NCBI GenBank assembly: GCA_024274695.1
Contig: JAJSAI010000003.1
Location: forward strand, 1-16,894
Reading direction: 5' to 3'
DNA length: 16,894 nucleotides
Source of the DNA: an archaeon
Lineage (GTDB): Archaea > B1Sed10-29 > JAJSAI01
Shown here piece after piece: positions 8,317 to 15,635 of this stretch (the stretch's first letter is position 1; every line of letters begins with the position of its first letter). The notes under the pieces are model-generated. The model was given only the letters and a program-made list of their open reading frames with translations. It was not told the DNA's origin and ran no database searches. Both the position numbers and the translations under genes were made by a program.

Positions 8317-8492
8317 GAGCATACCTCCTATCAGTTCTTCTAACCAGTCTGGCCCCGGCAGGGGCATAATAGAAAGAGACCTTTAGTTCTTATATTCTTC
8401 GGTTAAAACTCCGAACAAAAAAGATTTTGTTGGTTAGAATGCAATAAGTTTGGCTGATTAAGTTCATCACACGCCCTGCCCGCAGGGCCTGG

Positions 8493-8535
8493 GAAAGGTT
8501 TATAAACGCTTATGGGAAAAGATTATAAACCTTTC
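8493..8535. promoter_or_regulatory. Face-to-face BRE-TATA elements forming a 13-bp inverted repeat
   Basis: GAAAGGTTTATAA (8493-8505) and its exact reverse complement TTATAAACCTTTC (8523-8535). Confidence 0.6.
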
Positions 8536-8591
8536 GCTGTAAACCCTTGCTTTTCCCTTGAGAGGATAAAAAATAGGGGGTGTGTCATCGC

Positions 8592-8813
8592 ATGGGGAAC
8601 ATGAAGAGGATAGGAAGGGCTGTTTCTATTTCTGACGGCAAGCTCGTGGTCAAGACCGAAAGACTCGTTAAGATAGGGAGCGAGGTCTTCGACGACGCGG
8701 GAAGGCACATAGGGACAGTAGTGGACTACTTCGGTCCGACCATGGGACCCTACGTGCTCGTGAGCCCCAAGAAGGATCCTGCTCCTCTGGTGGGCCAAGA
8801 ACTGTACGGATGA
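8592..8813 (+). CDS. gar1: H/ACA ribonucleoprotein subunit Gar1
   Basis: IGSEVFD...IGTVVDYFGPTMGPYVLV motif and conserved position upstream of tfb. ATG 8592 follows a GGGGTG Shine-Dalgarno. Confidence 0.85.
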   Translation: MGNMKRIGRAVSISDGKLVVKTERLVKIGSEVFDDAGRHIGTVVDYFGPTMGPYVLVSPKKDPAPLVGQELYG

Positions 8814-8823
8814 AGGTGATTGC

Positions 8824-9822
8824 TTGCCCCGGAAAAAATCGTCCCCGAAAAGCAAGACGAAAACCGCTGCTAAGACCAGGACAGGAAAGAGAGAAAAAGA
8901 GGCAGAACCTGCTCCTGGAAGGCCCGTGTGTCCTGAGTGCGGGAGCACTAGGATAAGAAGGGACTACACCCGGGGAGAAGTGTACTGCGAAAAGTGCGGT
9001 ACCGTGATCGAGGAGAACATCATAGACTCGGGTCCGGAGTGGAGAGCGTTCGACGCTAGCCAGAGAGAAAAGAGGGTCAGGACCGGCGCACCCATAAGAT
9101 ACACTCTTGCTAACAAGGGGCTCTCGACAGAAATAGACATGTACTACAGGGACTTCAGGGGAGTCAAGATAAGCGCAGAGCAGAGAGCTGCAGTAACCAG
9201 GATGAGGAAGTGGCACAAGAGGACCAGCGTCAGCAGCAGCATGGAAAGGAACCTCACAGTGGCCTTGAACGAGCTGGAAAGGATCTCAAGCCTTCTAGGC
9301 CTATCCCCAAACCTCAGGGAAGCGGCAGCGCTCTTGTACCGGAAGGCCGTCTCCAAGGGGCTGATAAGAGGAAGGCTCATAGAATCAGTAGTGGCGGCGG
9401 TCGTGTACATTATATGCAGGCAGTACAACATCCCAAGGACCCTTGACGAGATCGCGGAAGTAAGCGGGATGTCCAAGAAAGAAATAGGGAGAGTCTACCG
9501 GTTCCTGAAGGCTGACCTGGGAATATCCATGCCCTTGACAAACCCAGTCCACTACGTGCCGAGGTTCGCTTCAGAACTAAAGCTGTCCGGGTAAGTGCAG
9601 GAAAAGGCAATACAGATCCTGGAAGAGGCCATAAAGAAGGGCCTGATCTCGGGAAGAGGGCCTACGGGCGTCGCGGCAGCCGCAGTATACATCGCAGGAG
9701 TGATGATGGGAGAGAGGAGAACACAGAAGGAAGTGGCGGACGTGGCGGGAGTTACAGAAGTCACTATCAGGAACAGGTACAGGGAGCTCAAGGAAAAGCT
9801 CGGTTTAGACATTCCAGCATAA
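8824..9822 (+). CDS. tfb: Transcription initiation factor IIB, interrupted by one in-frame TAA at 9592-9594
   Basis: Zn ribbon CPECG..CEKCG, B-reader GPEWRAF, two cyclin repeats and [23 protein letters not shown]. The ORFs 8824-9594 and 9595-9822 are in the same frame: [18 protein letters not shown]. Confidence 0.95.
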
Positions 9823-9924
9823 CCCTCCAAACCCCTTTTTAAACCAATCCAAGGAAACCTGTTTTTACCACCAGCCAGGGGTTAAGAGAAAGTTTTTTAT
9901 ACTCTTCCGGGCCCTACTATTATT

Positions 9925-9996
9925 GCCCGACAGGGGAATGGCTGGACTGCGAGTGTACCTCAATACCTGGGGGCAGGGCACGTCCCTGCCCTTTCT
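9925..9996 (+). ncRNA. Candidate structured small RNA
   Basis: GAAAG-TTTTTTATA (about 9887-9901) about 24 nt upstream, GC-rich body, hairpin GGGCAGGG-CACGT-CCCTGCCC (9971-9991) followed by TTTCT. The next gene has its own TATA-like element. Confidence 0.35.
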
Positions 9997-10054
9997 GCTC
10001 ATCTTCTCCTGCTGGAAAACGTTTTTATTGAGCTCGCCCTTCTTCTATCCTTGA

Positions 10055-10822
10055 ATGGGCTTCAGGATAATGGAGAAAGACAAGGAGAAGATTGTTAACG
10101 CGCTCACGAGCAGGATACTCTCTGATTTTGAGAAAGTTGACAAGAAGGCTGCAGAGTACCTGAGGAACCTGCTCCGAGAGGGTAGGGTGTTCTTCGTGCT
10201 CAACCCCAAAACAGAGGTCCTGAAAAGAGAGATACTCCGGACCAGGTACGGGAACATAGTCTCAGAGACCCACGGGCTCACGACCACGTACTACCTGCCA
10301 GGGTCCAGCACTCCCTTGGTCCACTTTATCGCTCTTCCTGAGGAAAGGCTTTTCGAGAAAAGGAACGGGAAAATAATGCTGAAGGTAAAAGGAGTGAGCA
10401 CTCTCGTGCACGAGCTTTCCCACATCATGTACCCTCCTGAAAAGGCTGACAAGATAGTCTCCAGGGTGCTGGGCAGGGACTGGCTCAAGATAGAAGGGGG
10501 TGCTCGTAAAAAGCTGGCCGCAGAGGCGATCGCTGACGTGATCACAGTAGACTTTCTTCTCAGGTACGGTAGAGAAAAAGAAGCGAGAGCATACCTTTCC
10601 GGGAGAAAGCTTACAAAGGGCCTGAGGAAAAAGCTTGTGGAGAACGCGCTCAAGCAGGCCAGAAAAAAAGAAAAGGAGAAGTACGCGGCAAGATGGAGGG
10701 AGTTCATGGCAAGGGCCAGAGAGCCCAAGGTCAAAAGCCCGCGCTTGCTCCCGGGCGGGAGAAAAGAAGGCGCGAAAAGAAAGGCTAAAGCAGGCCTTCT
10801 GAGAAGACTTCTCAGACGCTGA
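10055..10822 (+). CDS. Hypothetical basic protein with HExxH zincin-like motif
   Basis: TLVHELSHIMY with a downstream helix containing Glu (AEAIAD); Lys/Arg-rich C-terminal third; TTTTTATT about 25 nt upstream. Confidence 0.7.
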   Translation: MGFRIMEKDKEKIVNALTSRILSDFEKVDKKAAEYLRNLLREGRVFFVLNPKTEVLKREILRTRYGNIVSETHGLTTTYYLPGSSTPLVHFIALPEERLFEKRNGKIMLKVKGVSTLVHELSHIMYPPEKADKIVSRVLGRDWLKIEGGARKKLAAEAIADVITVDFLLRYGREKEARAYLSGRKLTKGLRKKLVENALKQARKKEKEKYAARWREFMARAREPKVKSPRLLPGGRKEGAKRKAKAGLLRRLLRR

Positions 10823-10883
10823 AAATCCTGGGAAGCGCCTTCCCCCCTACTTTTTTATTTGCTCTAATCCCTTACTAATACTC

Positions 10884-13073
10884 ATGAACAGCACGCTCAA
10901 ACTCTTCTTGGCGCTTTCGCTGGCCATGGCCAACGCGCTCGCGTTCCAGGAGGATTTCTCAAGCTGGAGTCAGGGCACTCCTGCTGGCTGGAGCAAGCCA
11001 TACTACCAGGAAGGAGACTGGAGCCAGTACAACGAGAGCGGACTGTACTACCTGTGGCTCCTGGACAACAGCACAGCCACAGACTATGCATTGATGCATG
11101 ACTTCCCCTACACTCCCAGCGATTCCTTCGTGATCCAAGCGCGGGCCAGGCATCTGGCAGGGTACAAAGGAATAATCTTCATGCTCCCTGATTTCAAGAT
11201 CTCCCTATCATTCCAGGAAATGGAAAACGCAGGGGTTGACGTGAGCAAGTGGCATGAGTACACTGTCGTGTACAACGGGAGCAGTTACAACGTTTACGTG
11301 GACGGGAGAAAACTGAAGACGAAGAACCTGGAAACGCCAATGACCGGGAACCCGGACTACAATGGGAAGATATGGGTATTGTACTCGACCACCTCCGCGG
11401 AATCAGAGGCCCTGATGGACTACATCCTGTGGGAAAAGGCAGAAGACTGGAACGGCCTGTTCCTCGAGCCAGACTGTTCCGCGCAGCCTGACGAGAACGG
11501 GTACGTGAAACTAAGCGCCCGGACGGGCTGGCTTGCTCCAGACGGGAACGTTTACTGCAACAAGGTCAGGGTGACCGCCGCAGGCCAGGATCTCAAGAAA
11601 ACAAGCCCTGAATGTGTGCTCTCGAGGTACGTTTTCCTTCCTGCGGGAGGAGTTGTTGACTTCACGGCATCCTCTGACTCAGGAGGCGAGAAAACCGTCT
11701 CCTGCTATTATCCTCCCTCGCCCGCGAGCTTTTCAGTGGACATCCTGTCCCCCCAGGACGGGGCAGTGCTCCTCCCAGGCCAGGCGAGCGTGAAGGCGTT
11801 CTTGTACCTATCAGGAGAAAAACTCTACTCCGGAACAGCAGTTGTAACGGTCTACGACTCCCAGGGGAACGCGGTAGAGTCAAAAGAGCTTGACAGGAAA
11901 CTCGGGACATTCATAGGCACAGTATCCCTCTCCGAAGGAGAGTACACCCTCACGGTAACAGGAGAGTACGAGGGGCTCTCTGCGAACGCTAGCGTGAGGG
12001 TCACGGTCTCCAGCACTCAGACCAACGCCACCACGCAGCCTGGCGTCACCGCAGGCAATTGGACCGTGGACGTGATAACCCCAAGGCCAAGGGAAATAAG
12101 GCCAGGTATTGTCCCCGTGCAGGTCAAGCTCACTAACCCTGAAGGCTTTAGGACCACCAAACCAGACCTTGAACTGACCGTTTACAGGGACGGGGAAGTG
12201 CAGGAGCAGAAGAAAATGCAGAAGGGCCCGTACACTTACTTCACGACCATCAACGCCACGCTCCCAGGATCCTATTCCTTCGGGTTCACTGTGGTCTCTG
12301 ATGGGGTCACAGTCCAGATTGGCACAACACCAGAAAAAGCAGTCAACGTTACAGGCCCGAGCCCCTACAACGCGACCCCAGGCAAGCTGAGAATAGACAT
12401 TTTCAGCCCCAGGCCTGACGTGTACGCGCTTAATTCCACCATAATGGTCCGGGCCACGGTCTACTACGAGGACCAGATAACAGGAAACGCGAGGGTGAGG
12501 CTCTATTTCATGGGCCAAGAGCACAACATGTCGTACGAGGAAGGAGACTATGTCTACCCCCTTCCACTGCTCGAGGAAGGAGATTACTCCGTCAAGATCT
12601 TCGCGGACTACAACGGGTACACCGCCACCGAGGGAGTGGACTTCCAGGTAAGCAGCCACTACCTCACGATAGAAATCGTGTCACCAAGGGCCCAAGAGTA
12701 CGTTGACCAGGGAGACAAGATCCCCTTGAAGGTCAACGTGTACGACGAGAAGGGAGACCCTGTCATCGGAGCGTTCGTGACAGCAGACCTTGTGGAGGCC
12801 GACGGCCGGACGCACACCTTCCAGTTGTACCAGTCCGCGGCCACCAAGACATACTCCACAGTGTTCTATCCTAACGTGGAAGGAGTCCAGAGGATAACCT
12901 TCACCGCCTCAAAGCCAGGCTACGTGCCCGCGGCAGAAGACTACAAGTTCGAGGTCATCATGAAAGAAAAAGAAGTCCTGCCCGTGGAAGTGGACATCAG
13001 CACAATATACCTGGTGATAGGAATCGTGGCCCTGCTCATACTGATAGCAGCGCTGGTCAAGCTCGTGCTATAG
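10884..13073 (+). CDS. Large cell-surface glycoprotein: ConA/LamG-like domain, Ig-like repeats, C-terminal TM anchor
   Basis: Signal peptide ending ALA-F; FQEDFS...KWHEYTVVY...VYVDG...MDYI lectin-fold pattern; four repeats starting V/I-D/E-I/V-x-S/T-P (DILSP, DVITP, DIFSP, EIVSP); hydrophobic C-terminus. Confidence 0.8.
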   Translation: MNSTLKLFLALSLAMANALAFQEDFSSWSQGTPAGWSKPYYQEGDWSQYNESGLYYLWLLDNSTATDYALMHDFPYTPSDSFVIQARARHLAGYKGIIFMLPDFKISLSFQEMENAGVDVSKWHEYTVVYNGSSYNVYVDGRKLKTKNLETPMTGNPDYNGKIWVLYSTTSAESEALMDYILWEKAEDWNGLFLEPDCSAQPDENGYVKLSARTGWLAPDGNVYCNKVRVTAAGQDLKKTSPECVLSRYVFLPAGGVVDFTASSDSGGEKTVSCYYPPSPASFSVDILSPQDGAVLLPGQASVKAFLYLSGEKLYSGTAVVTVYDSQGNAVESKELDRKLGTFIGTVSLSEGEYTLTVTGEYEGLSANASVRVTVSSTQTNATTQPGVTAGNWTVDVITPRPREIRPGIVPVQVKLTNPEGFRTTKPDLELTVYRDGEVQEQKKMQKGPYTYFTTINATLPGSYSFGFTVVSDGVTVQIGTTPEKAVNVTGPSPYNATPGKLRIDIFSPRPDVYALNSTIMVRATVYYEDQITGNARVRLYFMGQEHNMSYEEGDYVYPLPLLEEGDYSVKIFADYNGYTATEGVDFQVSSHYLTIEIVSPRAQEYVDQGDKIPLKVNVYDEKGDPVIGAFVTADLVEADGRTHTFQLYQSAATKTYSTVFYPNVEGVQRITFTASKPGYVPAAEDYKFEVIMKEKEVLPVEVDISTIYLVIGIVALLILIAALVKLVL

Positions 13074-13079
13074 AAACAA

Positions 13080-14612
13080 CCTTTTAGCGGTTTATTCTGG
13101 TTGCAAAACCCTTTCATCTCCCTTTAATATCTAGTTCTTTTCATGAAAGTAACGGATCTAAAGGGATTTAAAAATAAATATCCTATTTTAGGGGAAGAGT
13201 ATGTTTTGCTAAGGGAACCTACAGTTGGAATAATTTATTCCCATAAAAGAGCAGAGAGTGTAGCAGAACTTAATCCCCCCTTATTTTTTATATTAAGCAG
13301 ATGTCAAGGCAAACAAACGTTCGAAGATATTTTTGAAGAGTATATGAAGGTGTTTGGTGTAAAAAACAAAAGAACTGCATTAGAAAAAGTAAGTTTAACT
13401 TTACTTACTCTTTCTGGAGAGGGGATCATTTCTTTTAGAACATGTCCTACAGAAGCTTCTCCAGATCAGTTCAGGATAACTAAAAATTTTAATTTGTATT
13501 CTGTAAACATTGAAATTACCAGAGCGTGCAACCTCCGTTGCAGACACTGCTTTAATAACTCTGGCAATCCCATGCCAGATGAACTTACTACTCGCGAATG
13601 GATAAAAGTGCTGGATATTCTTAAGAAAAAAAGGGTTCTCTCTTTGACATTTACAGGAGAGCCCTTTGCCAGAGAAGACTTTATTGAAATTCTGGCTTAT
13701 GCAGCCTCAAACTTTGATGTATATTTAATGACAAACGGAACAGTTATTGGCGATGATGACTGGTTTAATTCATTAAGTGATAAACAAATAGAAGCATTAA
13801 AAAAAGTAAAAACATTTCAGATATCATTAGATTCGCCAGCTCCCGAGATAAATGATAAGTATAGAGGTAGAGGGTGTTACCAGAAAGTAATCTCTGCGTT
13901 GGAGAGAATAAAGGAATGGGATTCTTTTATTATAATTTCATCAACTATAACCCAAGAAAATAAGCATATGATTCGGGATATGGAAAGATTAGCTGCAAAG
14001 TATAATGCTAGATTAACCTTTGGTGCTTTAGAGTACAGGGGACGGGCAGTTTCACCTGAATTTAAAAACCTTCTTTTAGACGAGACGATAAAAATAGAGG
14101 GGTTAGAAAACAAGCCAGTATATAGTATTCCAAAAGGTGCTACAACGGCATGGTGTAATATGATAAAAGGATATTATACTATAAGACCTAATGGTTACAT
14201 AAAACCTTGTTTAATGCCAGATGATATGTTTGCGGAGTTGGACCCGCGGCTTTATAATTCGGTATCTATCTTTGAACTAGAGAATAAAAGCATTTAAGAA
14301 ACAGAATTTTTTAAGTTGATAAAAGTTCCTTTTCAGTTTATTCCGACAAAAGAGACATGTAAGAAGTGCAAGTATTTGGAAGGCGTCTGTAGAGATTGCG
14401 GACTAGCTCCTTATTATATGAGTTTAAAAAATAAATGTATGAATTGGAGGTGAGGTTTCTATGGATGTGTTTCCGAAGATAATTTGGACCGATGGGAGAA
14501 TTACTGACAGAAATTTGGTAGTAAGGTCAGAATGCGGAAATAAGCCTTGTCATGGTGGTTGCAGTGCCGGAGATTTAGAATTCATCTTCCAAAAAATGGG
14601 TGAAAGGAAATA
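13080..14612. other. AT-rich island, probably horizontally acquired
   Basis: About 30-35% GC by eye (18/60 in line 13141) with A/T-ending codons, against roughly 50% or more GC in flanking genes. Confidence 0.75.
13143..14453 (+). CDS. RRE(PqqD-like)-radical SAM-SPASM peptide maturase, interrupted by one in-frame TAA at 14295-14297
   Basis: N-terminal ELNPPLFFILSRCQGKQTFEDI PqqD-like segment, CNLRCRHC, TNG, QISLDS, and C..I.PNG.IKPC. The same frame continues 51 codons past the TAA: ETEFFKLIKVPFQFIPTKETCKKCKYLEGVCRDCGLAPYYMSLKNKCMNWR, ending at TGA 14451-14453. Confidence 0.88.
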
Positions 14613-14613
14613 A
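14461..14613 (+). CDS. 50-aa Cys-containing peptide, candidate RiPP precursor (MDVFPKIIWTDGRITDRNLVVRSECGNKPCHGGCSAGDLEFIFQKMGERK)
   Basis: Manual translation. GGAGGTGA Shine-Dalgarno overlaps the maturase's distal stop, the ORF fills the gap exactly, and its stop overlaps the next start (TAATG). Confidence 0.75.
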   Translation: MDVFPKIIWTDGRITDRNLVVRSECGNKPCHGGCSAGDLEFIFQKMGERK

Positions 14614-15635
14614 TGGTAACATTAAAAGGGATCCCGGCTAGTCCGGGAATTTTTGAAGGGGATGCGGTCAAGTTTTCAGGAGAGGAGAGCGCGGAGAAGG
14701 TGGACAAGCGCAAGGTTCTTGTTGGGAAGAAATTCTGGCCGGATCACACGCAGATCTTGACGAAGGCAGGGGCAATCGTGGTTGAAAAGGGAGGGCTGCT
14801 CTCTCACGCGGCGATCATAGCAAGAGAATTCGGGATACCCTGCGTCGTGGGGGTAGAAGGGATTTCACAGCTGGTGAAAGACGGGCAGGTAATCAGGGTC
14901 AATGGAGACGAGGGCACGGTAGAGGTTCCTGGAGGAAGGCAGGTTGAATCTTGGGAGGGTCCAGAGTACATCTACTATAATCTGGAGAACTTAAGGGACG
15001 AGGTGGTTAACAGTACACCCGTGGTTTATGAAGAGTATGATGGAAAAGTATACGTGTATTTTGACTACAAAACCGAGAAGAGTGAACGGGAGAAAGTGCT
15101 CAGAATACTGCGGAAACGCTTTGACGGAAAGCAGGTGGTGGCTGGCAGGGCAAAGCCTCCTGCAATAACCCCTGAAAAATACTACATTTACTTCTTTTTC
15201 AAGCAGGCCATGGAAAACCCTGAGTTCAGGGAGATGTTTTTTGAAGCAAGAAAAGCCGCTGATAATCCTGATCCTCAGGTGATCTCTGCCCTGGCTGAAA
15301 AGGCCTTGAAAAATGCTGTGAAGTACTATCTGAAAGCTGCTGAGATGGGGTCCGAAAAACTGCTTGTTCTTGCAGGAGAGTACGAGTCCACGATTTGCCA
15401 TGAATACTTGGCCAAGAAAGCCTTTAAGAAGCTCCGGGAAACAGTGGGACTGACTAGAATAAGAGAGATAGCGTTGAAGGTAGACAGGGGAGAAGAGTGT
15501 GTGAGCAAGGAGTGCAGACTGTACAAGCTGTTCAAGCGCCTGCTCAATACTCCGGACGAAAAAATAACCTTCTACGGGGTCTCCTTGGCAGAAGCCAAGC
15601 GCAGGGCCAAGGAAAGCGTGGGCAGGCAGTCATGA
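14613..15635 (+). CDS. PEP-utilising enzyme mobile (phosphohistidine) domain fused to an unknown C-terminal domain
   Basis: LKGIPASPG..EG, AGAIVVEKGGLLSHAAIIAREFGIPCVVG, VNGDEGTV. The remaining roughly 230 aa are unrecognised and largely helical. Confidence 0.85.
   Translation: MVTLKGIPASPGIFEGDAVKFSGEESAEKVDKRKVLVGKKFWPDHTQILTKAGAIVVEKGGLLSHAAIIAREFGIPCVVGVEGISQLVKDGQVIRVNGDEGTVEVPGGRQVESWEGPEYIYYNLENLRDEVVNSTPVVYEEYDGKVYVYFDYKTEKSEREKVLRILRKRFDGKQVVAGRAKPPAITPEKYYIYFFFKQAMENPEFREMFFEARKAADNPDPQVISALAEKALKNAVKYYLKAAEMGSEKLLVLAGEYESTICHEYLAKKAFKKLRETVGLTRIREIALKVDRGEECVSKECRLYKLFKRLLNTPDEKITFYGVSLAEAKRRAKESVGRQS

Noticed and set aside
8317-8367. N-terminal extension MPLPGPDWLEELIGG of NrdD
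   Set aside because: It contains the GGAGGT Shine-Dalgarno and a 5' hairpin, so it is more likely 5' UTR. A leaderless start at 8367 cannot be fully excluded.
8430-8470. C/D box sRNA on the minus strand (GTGATGA C-box at 8470-8464)
   Set aside because: No CTGA D or D' box at a suitable distance.
9925-9996. tRNA, split-tRNA half or fluoride riboswitch
   Set aside because: No T-loop GTTC(G/A)A, D-arm or crcB-motif consensus recognisable.
15630-15635. TCATGA palindrome where two convergent stops overlap
   Set aside because: Ordinary tail-to-tail overlap in a compact genome.
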